Of a stretch of DNA of 64,000 nt, positions 39,809-49,237 are shown in pieces. Both the position numbers and the translations under genes were made by a program. Position 1 is the stretch's first letter. The number at the start of each line of letters is the position of its first letter. The stretch comes from Thermoanaerobaculia bacterium (lineage in GTDB: Bacteria; Acidobacteriota; Thermoanaerobaculia; Multivoradales; Multivoraceae), in contig OY761158.1 of the NCBI GenBank assembly GCA_963664405.1, positions 1,472,001 to 1,536,000 of the forward strand. Direction: 5' to 3'. The notes under the pieces are model-generated. The model was not told where the DNA came from. It did not search any database and was given only the letters and a program-made list of their open reading frames with translations.

Positions 39809-40367
39809 GCGGGAGATCGCTGACCATGGCGCCAAAGAGAAGCTCGGTGTGGCGAGTCGTCTCCTTGAGGCGATAGCCCGGTCGAGCGCCTTCTTGACGG
39901 AGCCCCTGAGCCTCGAGAATGCGCCGTGAGCCGAGGTTGCCCTCGAGGCAGGAAGCCTCGATTCGATAGGCGCCGCACAGATGAATGGCATGGGCGCAGA
40001 GGAATCGGGCCAGCCGGGTGCCAACACCTCGGCCCCAGGCATGCTTACAGAGCTGGTAGCCGATCTCGAAGCCACCGGGGCTACCGTCGACTTCGATCGC
40101 GGCCCCCTGTCCCAGAAAATGGCCCCAAGCACCCTCGACGATCACGGTCGCCTTGGCTGGAGCCCGACCCGCTTCGAGATCGAGAGCCTGGGCCTCGAGA
40201 AAAGGGGTGAAGAACTCACTCACACCCTCCGCGGAGATCGGACAGAACCAGAGCCACCGTCCCACTTCGGGATCCCGAAGCATCTCACTGATCGCGGGCA
40301 GGTCGCCGAGGCGAGCGTAGCGGTAGGTCTCGGTCTCGCTGGTCCAAACCATGGTCGGAAGATACAC
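39783..40367 (-). CDS. GNAT N-acetyltransferase (RimJ/RimL type)
   Basis: EIGYQL..WGRGVGT, NLGSRRILE..GLRQEG. Confidence 0.8.
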   Translation of the reverse strand: MYLPTMVWTSETETYRYARLGDLPAISEMLRDPEVGRWLWFCPISAEGVSEFFTPFLEAQALDLEAGRAPAKATVIVEGAWGHFLGQGAAIEVDGSPGGFEIGYQLCKHAWGRGVGTRLARFLCAHAIHLCGAYRIEASCLEGNLGSRRILEAQGLRQEGARPGYRLKETTRHTELLFGAMVSDLPPISAPRSK

Positions 40368-40421
40368 CGCCCAGGATCACTTATGCGACTGACGATACTC
40401 TGGGAGACGACGGATGTGTCG

Positions 40422-40850
40422 ATGCCCAAAAGAGAGCTCCATCCGGATCTGAGCGACGACGAGAAGCGTGCCCTCCTCGAGACCGGGGTCGAAGTGTTCA
40501 ACGCGGGTCGCTTCTTCGACTCACACGAGTTCTTCGAGGAGATCTGGCGATCCACCAACCCGGAGCCGCGCGATCTCTACCAGGGCCTGGTCCAGGTCGC
40601 AGCAGGCATGTACCACTGGACCGTGCGAGGCAAGGCGGCACCCGCGGCCAGGATGCTCGAACGAGCCGTGAGCCGACTGGAGCCGTTTCGGTCGGTCGCC
40701 ACCGGAGTGGATGTGGCGGGGCTGCTGGTGGTTCTCGAGCCCTGGCAGATCTGGCTGAACGAGCCCGAGGGGGCCGCTCCGGAGATGCCGACGATTACGG
40801 CACGACCGGCGATCTCCCGAAGCGTCAGCCGCGAAAGAGATGGCTCTTGA
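40422..40850 (+). CDS. DUF309 family protein
   Basis: FNAGRFFDSHEFFEEIW, YQGLVQVAAGMYH. Confidence 0.85.
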   Translation: MPKRELHPDLSDDEKRALLETGVEVFNAGRFFDSHEFFEEIWRSTNPEPRDLYQGLVQVAAGMYHWTVRGKAAPAARMLERAVSRLEPFRSVATGVDVAGLLVVLEPWQIWLNEPEGAAPEMPTITARPAISRSVSRERDGS

Positions 40851-42090
40851 TCAGATCCTCGGTGATCTCGGTACCGAAGCCTGGCCCGGAAGGCGGCAGG
40901 TAGTGCCCGCGCTCGAAGGGAGACGTCATCGCCAGCATCAGATCCGTTGCGGCGGCGTCATTGGTGCCGAAACTCTCGGCGAGCGGCGCGTTCGAGGACG
41001 TCAGCACCAGAGGTAGGCCGAAGAGACTGCCACCACGGTGAGGTATGAACGCAATCCCGCGTTCTTCGGCCATCGCCGAGATCCGCCGCAGCGAGGTAAT
41101 GCCGCCACACCAGCTCACGTCCGGTTGTACGACCTCGATCGCCTTGTGGTGGAAGAGCATCTCGAAGGCGAAGTGCGTGTACTGATGCTCACCATGGGCC
41201 ACCAGTGGGCCGTCCACGCGCCGCACCAGCTCGCCGTAGCCGAGAATGTCGTCGGCGGACAGCGGCTCCTCGATGAAGTAGAGGCCGATGTCCGAGAGTC
41301 GATCGAACATCTCCAAGGTGAACTCGAGGTCGTTCCACTGCTGGCTGCAATCGATCATCAGCTTGCGCTCGTCGCCGATCTGGCTCCTCACCTCTCTGAG
41401 CAGGGCCTCGGTGCGCGCCATCCCTTCCCTCCCCTGCGCCACGCCGTTGGATGCGACACCGAGCTTGAAGTTCTCGAAGCCCATGTCCAAGCCTTCTTCG
41501 ACCCGGCTTCCGGTGTAATACGACGGCACTCGCTCTCTGGTGACTCCGCCAAGTAGCTGCCACACCGGCAGATCGGCGACCTTGCCGGCGATATCCCAGA
41601 GTGCGTTGTCGATGCCGCTCAGGGCCATCACGAAGACACCACGACGACCGTAGGCCAGCCCGGCCGCGTAGAGCTGTTCCCAGAGCAGCTCAATGTTCCG
41701 CGCGTCGGCGCCGATCAGCAGATCCTGGAGGTGGCCCTGGATGATCGTGGCCGCGGCGGCGCCGCCACATCCGAGGCCGTAACCGGTTACGCCCTGATCG
41801 GTGCGGATCACCACTACGGTAGCCCCCCCCAACTGCCCGAAGGGCCCGGAAGGGCGCCAGCGGCGGGGATCGAAGTCGGAGGTGAAGTCGGGGATCTCGG
41901 GTCGGCGCCCGGCCCACACGTTGACTGGATAGCAGTCCACGGAATGGATGCGCACTCTGTCGCCGGGGACCGCGGCGGCCGTCACTGATGGGGAAAGCCC
42001 GGCGCCACCGGCGGCGAGCGTGGCCGCGCCGGCTCCGAGACCCGAGAGAAAGCGGCGACGGCTCAGGCCATCGGTGAACGTTTCATTCAT
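40825..42090 (-). CDS. Mandelate racemase/rhamnonate-dehydratase-like enolase-superfamily protein with Tat motif
   Basis: SRRRFL; IDNALWDIAGK; LMID, FIEEPL, GEH, QPD, PH. Confidence 0.87.
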   Translation of the reverse strand: MNETFTDGLSRRRFLSGLGAGAATLAAGGAGLSPSVTAAAVPGDRVRIHSVDCYPVNVWAGRRPEIPDFTSDFDPRRWRPSGPFGQLGGATVVVIRTDQGVTGYGLGCGGAAAATIIQGHLQDLLIGADARNIELLWEQLYAAGLAYGRRGVFVMALSGIDNALWDIAGKVADLPVWQLLGGVTRERVPSYYTGSRVEEGLDMGFENFKLGVASNGVAQGREGMARTEALLREVRSQIGDERKLMIDCSQQWNDLEFTLEMFDRLSDIGLYFIEEPLSADDILGYGELVRRVDGPLVAHGEHQYTHFAFEMLFHHKAIEVVQPDVSWCGGITSLRRISAMAEERGIAFIPHRGGSLFGLPLVLTSSNAPLAESFGTNDAAATDLMLAMTSPFERGHYLPPSGPGFGTEITEDLIKSHLFRG

Positions 42091-42155
42091 CTGAAACCTC
42101 GTTTCTGCATTGCAACGACTCTCTCGAAAACTTTAGCGTGACTTGCTCGAGGCAG

Positions 42156-43735
42156 CTACCGTGATGCCTCTTCAATCTCAACGCGGCGATCGAAGACCGG
42201 GGTCGCCTGCACGAAGGACGCCTGCAGATCTCGCGCGGCCGCGATCACTTTGGCCAGGACCTCGGGCCTCTCCGCGGCCAGATCGAAGTTTTCGGAAGGA
42301 TCCTCGACCAGGTCGTAGAGCAGAGGGGGGTCGTGCTCCTCGCGTTGTGGCGGTAGGCCGAAGGCGCCGAAGGTCACGAAGTGGACCTTGTGACGGCCCA
42401 GGCGGAAAGCCATCAACTCTCCGGGCGGTAGTAGGGCAGACTCTGTCGCGGGCCCGGGCGGTCACCGCGAAGCACCGAGGTGAGATCAAATCCGTCGATC
42501 GGACGGTCGTCGGGCAGCTTTGCCCCAGCCGCAGCTAGCGCCGTGGCAAAGAAGTCCATCGTAGTCCCGATCTCGCTCACCACGCCCGGGCTCACTCCGG
42601 CTCCCCAGAAGATGGCCGGCACTCTCATCCCGCCCTCGAAGGTCGTACCCTTGCCGTCTCTGAGGAGCCCTGCGGAGCCACCGTGCTGCCTCATGGTCCT
42701 CCACGGGCCATTGTCGCTGGTGAAGAAGAAGAGCGTGTTGTCGGCGACGCCGCTCTCTTCGAGGGCGCGGCGCACCTCGCCGGCACTCCAATCGATCTCC
42801 TCGATGACATCGCCGTAGCGGCCGGCAAGACTCCGCCCCTCGAACTCCGGACTGCGAAAGATCGGAGTGTGGGGCATCGAGAAGGGCATGTAGAGCAGGA
42901 AGGGTCGTTCTCCACCTTCATGGGCACGAATGAAGTTCACCGCGGCTTCGGTAGCCTTGCGAGTCAGAAAACGCTGGTCCACCGGAAGCTCCACCGTCTC
43001 GTCCTCGAAGCCCTCGGCACTTCGCCGGCTGCGGATCAGCGGTACGTTCCAGGAGCCCAGATCCGGCGTCAGGTAGAACTTTCGACGACCGCCATAGAGC
43101 TCAGCCACCTCACGATCGCGGCCGCCGGCACGCATCTCGACCACCTGGTCATAGGAGACGCCATCACCCCAATTCATGTCGTTGGAGTAAGGAAGCCCCA
43201 GCCATTCGTCGAAGCCATGGCGAGTCGGATAGGCCTCCGGGCGGTCGCCCAGATGCCATTTTCCGTAGATGGCCGTGTCGTAACCGACCTCGCCCACCAG
43301 CTGGGCGAGAGTGATCTCGCGGTCGGGAATGCCGCCGGGGTCGTTGGGAAAGAAGACGGGGATGCGTCGGCCGTAGAGGCCGGTTCGCACCGGAAGTCGC
43401 CCGGTCAGAAGTGCACCCCGGCTCGGCGAACAGACCGGCGCAAGCACATAAAAGTCGGTCCAGCGCTGGCCCTCGCGCGCCAGGCGGTCGAGCTCCGGAG
43501 TGCGGATCGAAGGATGCCCATAGGAGCCGAGGTCGCCATAGCCGAGATCGTCGGCGAAGAGAATGACGATGTTGGGCCGCCGCTCGTCGCCGGGGTCGGC
43601 GGCGGTGGAGGTGGAGGTGGAGGTGGAGGTGGAGGTGGAGGTGGCGGTGGAGGTGGAGGTGGCGGTGGATAGTCCGGCGACGCTCAGGCACGCAAGCGTC
43701 AAAGCGCCGAAAAGAGAAAGGGGTCGGGCCGCCAT
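42156..43735 (-). CDS. Arylsulfatase with a 1-nt frameshift near 42423-42425 (possible sequence error)
   Basis: PNIVILFADDLGYGD, CSPSRGALLTGR, GKWHLG, TSDNG, GKGTTFEGG; the C-terminus (LYDLVEDPSE) continues in another frame. Confidence 0.88.
43604..43669. repeat. Hexanucleotide tandem repeat (GGTGGA/GGTGGC) x11 encoding a Thr-Ser linker
   Basis: Read directly in the sulfatase N-terminal linker. Confidence 0.9.
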
Positions 43736-43829
43736 CGAACGGCGGTCAAACTATCACAGCGCCTCGAGCGAATCACCGAGGGTAGAATCGGCGTTCATGC
43801 CACTCGTGACCCCAGGGGTGAGCGGGCGC

Positions 43830-44267
43830 CGCCCTCGACGTCGGGATCCCAATCCTCTTCTTCGCCACCCCGGACAGCCCACTCCTGGGCCTGGAGGAGA
43901 GTCCGGCCGGCCATAACTACTGGCAGGGAGGCGATAAGCCGATCGCCATGATCGACAATGTGGGCCACACCTGGGCGTCCACCAAGCAACTGGCAGTCTG
44001 GCGTATGACCCTCGCTCACTGCTTCAGCGGTAGACCCTTCTCCGAGGTCATGCTGACCTCGGAGAAGGGTCTACCGCCCGCTGGACCGACGCCACATGGC
44101 AGAGCCGTGAGCTCGAAAAATCGAAGGGCTCCTACCAGGCCACTCTGACCCGGCGTCCTGCCCACAGGCTCGCCTACTATGTAGAAGTGGAGGATTTCGA
44201 CGACGTGGGAGGGGTCGGGTACGTGACGACCCCGGTGGAGATCGTCGATCACTATGTCGTTCCTTGA
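43830..44267 (+). pseudogene. Gene remnant resembling a PqaA-like (PhoPQ-activated) protein C-terminus, broken at a palindrome
   Basis: NYWQGGDKPIAMIDNVGHTW.. and, in another frame, RWTDATWQSREL..SYQATL..AYYVEV..YVTTPVEIV. Confidence 0.4.
44027..44077. repeat. Perfect 24-bp inverted repeat with a 3-nt loop
   Basis: GCGGTAGACCCTTCTCCGAGGTCA-TGC-TGACCTCGGAGAAGGGTCTACCGC. Confidence 0.95.
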
Positions 44268-44280
44268 ATCAACACCTTCT

Positions 44281-45861
44281 TTAGCCTGAGAGGCTGACCA
44301 GCTCAGCGGCGGCGGAGGCCGGCGCGGCGACCCGCTGCGGGCCGAGGATCTCCGGCTCCCAGAAGCCGCCGGCGTCGTACAGGCAGCGCACTTGCGCATA
44401 GCTGAAGAGGGCCATCATGACCATCGGCCCGGCTTCTGGCTTTTCAGCCAATGCCCGGCAGATCATCTTGTACATCTGTCGCTCTTCGGGGCCGCTCGAG
44501 ATCAGCTTGCGGACCACGCCGATGGCCTCGATATCCACCTGGCGCGGTCGGTGGGGCTTGTAGCCGGCCTGAAAAGGACCGAGCTGCGGCCCGAGCCGCT
44601 CGATCATGGCGATCGTTCGGCTAGCGAAGCTCGCCGGGCTGTAGAGCCTGTTACCAAGGCGCTTCAGCCCCGAGAGCAGCTCTTCACGGCTCATCAACAT
44701 GGGCTGGATATTGGTATTCCAGACGCCCTGGGATTCAGAACCGTCGGTGACCAACCGGCCACTCTCTTTCATGCGGTCGTAGAGCGGCGTCGCGGCTGGG
44801 GCGACAAGAGCTCCAAGGGTGAAGATAGGGATCGGTGTCGACATGGCGAATTCGTATTGGAGGTCAAAGATGCCAGGGCCGTCGTGATCGAAGCCGACGA
44901 TCATGCCGCCGATCACCGAAATCCCGTGATCGAGAAAGACCTGCACCTCTCGGGCCAGGTCGACTCCCACATTCTGCCGTTTCTTGGTCTCGCGCAGACT
45001 TTCCTCGTTGGGAGTCTCGATGCCGACGAAAACCCTGGTGAGGCCCGCCTCGCCACACAAGCGCATGATCTCCGGGTCGCGAGCCGCGTCGATCGACACC
45101 TGGGTGTGGAAAGCGACGGGGGCGTCGCTTCGGCGCATGTTCCAGTCGCGAAGGGCGGCGAGGACTGCCTTGGCCCGCTTCCGATAGACAGTGAAGTTGT
45201 CGTCCGCCAGAAAGATCGACCGGTAACCGAGGCCGTAGAGCACGTCGAGCTCGGCGAGGATCTGCTCGACGGACTTATGGCGTTGCTTGCGCCCCAGATA
45301 CTGGATCACGTCGCAGAACTCGCACTCGAAGGGGCAGCCTCGTGAAGTCTGGACACAGCCGGAGAGGGCGCGATCGTTCGGGTAGAGCTCGAAACGTGGC
45401 AATGGCGAACCCTCAAGATCCGGCTTATCGCCTACGTACTCGCTCTGCCAGCTACCGCCCTCGAGATCCTCGAAGAGCTTCTCGGCGATCACCTCCATTT
45501 CGCCGATCACCAGAATGTCGCAATGGTCGCGCACAGCCCCCGGCGACAGCGAAGCATGGGGGCCGCCGATTATCACTGTCTTCCCACGCTTGCGGAAGGC
45601 GTCGGCGACCTCAATCATGCGCTCGACCTGGATCACTTTGCCGGTGAGCCCGATGAAGTCGGCGTCGACGTCGAAGTCGATTGGCTCGACGTACTCCTCG
45701 CAGATCGTGACCGTCCAGTGCGCAGGCGCCATGGCGGCCACCGTCGTAGTTGCAAGGTCGGCGATAGCGTGAGCCGCGGGATAGCCGTGATGGCCGAACG
45801 CCTCGGCACCAAAATAGCTCGGCAGCTCAGGGCGCGGATTGATCAGGTAAAGCTTCGGCAC
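44281..45861 (-). CDS. B12-binding radical SAM protein
   Basis: IIGGPHAS, RGCPFECEFC, ADDNF, FVGIET, IVGFDHD; GTG 45861 inferred. Confidence 0.9.
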   Translation of the reverse strand: MPKLYLINPRPELPSYFGAEAFGHHGYPAAHAIADLATTTVAAMAPAHWTVTICEEYVEPIDFDVDADFIGLTGKVIQVERMIEVADAFRKRGKTVIIGGPHASLSPGAVRDHCDILVIGEMEVIAEKLFEDLEGGSWQSEYVGDKPDLEGSPLPRFELYPNDRALSGCVQTSRGCPFECEFCDVIQYLGRKQRHKSVEQILAELDVLYGLGYRSIFLADDNFTVYRKRAKAVLAALRDWNMRRSDAPVAFHTQVSIDAARDPEIMRLCGEAGLTRVFVGIETPNEESLRETKKRQNVGVDLAREVQVFLDHGISVIGGMIVGFDHDGPGIFDLQYEFAMSTPIPIFTLGALVAPAATPLYDRMKESGRLVTDGSESQGVWNTNIQPMLMSREELLSGLKRLGNRLYSPASFASRTIAMIERLGPQLGPFQAGYKPHRPRQVDIEAIGVVRKLISSGPEERQMYKMICRALAEKPEAGPMVMMALFSYAQVRCLYDAGGFWEPEILGPQRVAAPASAAAELVSLSG

Positions 45862-46007
45862 AGAACACTCACGCTTGGGAAACCTCTGAGGTTCCCAGAA
45901 TCTCACCCATACCCCCCACGGGCGATTTTCGAGACCTTCGGCGCATTCTATACCCACGCCCCTTCGGTATGCTCGGTCTGAACTCGGAGGATCCCTAGGA
46001 GGACACA

Positions 46008-47030
46008 ATGACATTACGCATCGGCATCGTTGGGGCTGGGGCCAACACCAAGCTCCGACACATTCCTGGCTTCCAAGAGATCGACGACGTCGAGGTGCTC
46101 GCGGTCTGCAACCGCTCGCGCGAGTCAAGCGAGAGGGCAGCGGCTGAGCTCGATATCGATAGAGTCTTCGACTCGTGGGAGCAGCTGGTCGAATGTGATG
46201 AGGTCGATGCAGTCTGTGTCGGCACCTGGCCGTATATGCACTGCCCTATCACTCTCGCCTGCCTCGACGCCGGCAAACACATTCTCACCGAGGCCCGCAT
46301 GGCGATGGATCTCGAAGAAGCGGGTCGTATGCTCGCGGCGTCCCGCGACAGCGACCGCGTCGCAATGATCGTACCCGCACCCTTCTACCTGCGGGAGGAG
46401 CGGATGCTCCTCGAAATGATCGAGGCTGGCGACTTCGGCGACCTCGTCGAGGCCCAGATAAGCGCGATGACCGGTGGCTGGAAGCCCGACGCGCCGATTA
46501 GCTGGCGCCAACGACGCGACCTCTCTGGGAACAACATCATGAGCATGGGCATTTACAACGAGACAGTCCGCCGCTATCTCGGACATGAGCAATCCGTCGT
46601 GGCGCACGGAAAGATCTTCATCGGCGAGCGCACCGACACCGAGACAGGAGCCACCACCGGGGTCGACGTACCCGACAGCCTGGGCATCGTCGCCGAACAT
46701 CTGAACGGCGCCGTCGTCGTCTACCACTTCTCGAGCGTCGCTCACCTCGGGCGCAACTCGACGCTCGAGTGCTATGGAACGAAAGGGAGCTTCAAGCTCG
46801 AGGGCGGTAAGGCCTGGATTGCACTCGCAGCAGACACCGCCTTCCGCGAGCTCGAAGTTCCAAAGGAGAAGCAAGGCGGTTGGCGCGTGGAGCAGGATTT
46901 CGTTGAGGCCATTCGCGAGGGCAAACCCGTTACCCACACCAGCTTCGAAAGTGGAGTGAAGTACATGGAATTCACTGAAGCGGTACAGCTGAGTCTCCGC
47001 CAAGGCAGACGCATCGATCTGCCTCTTTGA
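46008..47030 (+). CDS. Gfo/Idh/MocA oxidoreductase
   Basis: IGIVGAG, DAVCVGT..H, AGKHILTE. Confidence 0.9.
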   Translation: MTLRIGIVGAGANTKLRHIPGFQEIDDVEVLAVCNRSRESSERAAAELDIDRVFDSWEQLVECDEVDAVCVGTWPYMHCPITLACLDAGKHILTEARMAMDLEEAGRMLAASRDSDRVAMIVPAPFYLREERMLLEMIEAGDFGDLVEAQISAMTGGWKPDAPISWRQRRDLSGNNIMSMGIYNETVRRYLGHEQSVVAHGKIFIGERTDTETGATTGVDVPDSLGIVAEHLNGAVVVYHFSSVAHLGRNSTLECYGTKGSFKLEGGKAWIALAADTAFRELEVPKEKQGGWRVEQDFVEAIREGKPVTHTSFESGVKYMEFTEAVQLSLRQGRRIDLPL

Positions 47031-47046
47031 GACATCGCGGCGTCTT

Positions 47047-47961
47047 TCAGGCCTGAGGGCGGAAAGGGTTGCGCCGGAGTTTGCGGCGACTCCATATCGC
47101 GCGATACGGGGTGGGCTCTCCAGGCGGAGCGGTAAAGAAGCGCTTGTAGCTCCACTGATACTGCTCGGGACAGAGGCGAACACAGGCCTCTACCCCAGCG
47201 TTGAGCCTGGCCGCGGCACGTTCAGGATCAGCATCCTCGAGACCGCTTGGCGCCTCTACGAAGTGGGTGCAGAAACCGCCAGGAAGGCGCTCTGCGAATA
47301 CGAAGAGGGCCTCAGCGCCAGTCTTGCGCAGGAGTCCGGAGACCAGGGTCATGGTGAAGGCCGGCTGGCCGAAAAATGCGGCATGTACGCCGTGACCGGG
47401 AAACGGCTCCTGGTCTGGAAGGACCATCACCATGTGATTGCTGCGAATGGATCTCAGCAGTGGTCTCATTCCCGCGGGAGTGGCCTCGACCAACAAGCTG
47501 CCACTGCGCTCGCGACCCGCGCGCACTAGCTCATGCAGCTCGGCGATCCGAGGCGGGCGATAGAGAGCCACCAACTGGCCGCGGGCCATCAGGAACGGTC
47601 CCAGGATCTCCCAATTTCCGATATGTGGCGCCAGCAGGATCGTCCCTCGTCCTCGCGCGAGCGCTCGCGCCAAGAGGTCCAGCCCCTCGACCCTCAGCTC
47701 CAGCTTCCGGTGCCCCTCCTGCGACCCACTCCACACCCTTGGTATTTCGAGAGCCAGCCGTGCCGTGTGCTGGAGGCTTCGCTTCAATAGACGCCGCCGC
47801 TCTGAAGATGACAGCTCAGGGAAGCACAGCTTCAGATTGAGCTCTGTCACTTTCGAAGCCGGCAACGGCAACATGGAGAGGATCGCTCCTACGACACCTC
47901 CGAAATACCGGATCCAAGAAAAGGGGATCCGGCCCGCGAGGCGAACGAAAGAGCCAACCAC
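47047..47961 (-). CDS. Lipid A lauroyl/lysophospholipid acyltransferase (HtrB/LpxL family)
   Basis: NLKLCFPE, HIGNWE, LPDQ, FFG, PEQYQWSYKRF. Confidence 0.88.
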   Translation of the reverse strand: MVGSFVRLAGRIPFSWIRYFGGVVGAILSMLPLPASKVTELNLKLCFPELSSSERRRLLKRSLQHTARLALEIPRVWSGSQEGHRKLELRVEGLDLLARALARGRGTILLAPHIGNWEILGPFLMARGQLVALYRPPRIAELHELVRAGRERSGSLLVEATPAGMRPLLRSIRSNHMVMVLPDQEPFPGHGVHAAFFGQPAFTMTLVSGLLRKTGAEALFVFAERLPGGFCTHFVEAPSGLEDADPERAAARLNAGVEACVRLCPEQYQWSYKRFFTAPPGEPTPYRAIWSRRKLRRNPFRPQA

Positions 47962-48041
47962 GAAGGCCAGCCCCGGAGAGGAGCGGACAGCCTTACGCGC
48001 CTCTCGACCGGGTGGCTCGACTCGTAGTGCTGACGTAACGG

Positions 48042-49096
48042 CTAGGGCCTCACTCGAACGTACTTCTGCAATCTCTCTGGACGCGGCTCGCCCCCATAGA
48101 CGTTGCCTTCGCGGTCCACCGCCACGAACTCGGCGCCGTGGCCTCGGGTCTCACGCGGATCCCCCCAGGGGAAAAGAATGAGCTCCGTCACCCAGCCACT
48201 GTAAGCATCGCCGATGCGGATGCCCATCTCATAGCCTGGGTTCTGGACATCGTCAGATTCCGAGTCGGCGACAAAGATCCGATCATGGTCGTCGAAGAAG
48301 ATCCCGCTCGGCCGCCCGAACTGCGTCCAGCTGGCGAGGTGGGTCCCATCCTGGTCGAAGATCTGGACCCGGTTGTTGCCGCGGTCTGCCACGAAGACCC
48401 GGCCTCGAGCATCGAGGGCGATCGCGTGCAGGGTGTGGAACTCGCCAGGTGCATAACCCGTCCGTCCCCAGGCCTTGACGAACTTGCCATCACTCGAGAA
48501 CCGCACCACCCGGTTGTTTGTGTCGGCGCCATGACCGTCTGCGACGAAGATATCCCCGCTCTCCGAGATAACGACATCGCTCGGAGCGTTGAAGTGTCGT
48601 GGCCCCTCGCCGGCAACCCCGGCGTTCCCAAAGTCATCAACACCTCTCCGGTGGGGCTGAACTTGACCACCTGATGCCCACGCTTCCCCGGCGGAGTCCT
48701 CTCGGCAGGGAAGGCGTCTGTCACCCACACGTTGCCCAGCGCATCGACATCGATCCCGTGCGGCCAGATGAACATCCCGCCGCCGAAACTGAGGACCGCA
48801 TTGCCCTCCGGATCGAACTTGAAGACAGAGTCGAGATCCGAGTCCAGACACTCGCTACCGAACTCCGCGGCCGCATCGCATCTCAGTACCGCCCAGATGT
48901 GGCGCCCGTCGCGATCGACCGTCACATCCCCATATCTTCCGCTCGGCCTCCCCTCCGGGAGCTTCGCCCAGCCCTCGACGATGCGATAGGGGTTCGGCAC
49001 ACTCTGGGCGCGAGCCTCACCGACGGCATTGGCAGAGACAATCGCGGCCAGTGCGATCAAAAACCTCATCCGACCAACAACCGATAGAGACATCAT
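48042..49096 (-). CDS. Secreted NHL-repeat (PAL-like) protein with a 1-nt frameshift at 48617-48620
   Basis: WPHGIDVD, GHQVVKFS; then FNAPSDV, FVADRGNNRVQIFD in another frame. Confidence 0.85.
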
Positions 49097-49237
49097 GGAG
49101 CACCTCCCACAGTAGCCCGACAGGAGCAGACCCGGCGAGCTCGCCGTCCACTTGCTGAACAGCAATTAGCAACCGCTAGCGTGACCGCGAGCAGAGTCTT
49201 CGATTCTCTCATCAGGTCGCCCTTACTCTCCCCTAGG

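Noticed and set aside
43795-44280. RiPP precursor peptide for the B12 radical SAM enzyme
   Set aside because: The minus-strand small ORFs lack leader/core features; the coding signal is on the + strand as a remnant
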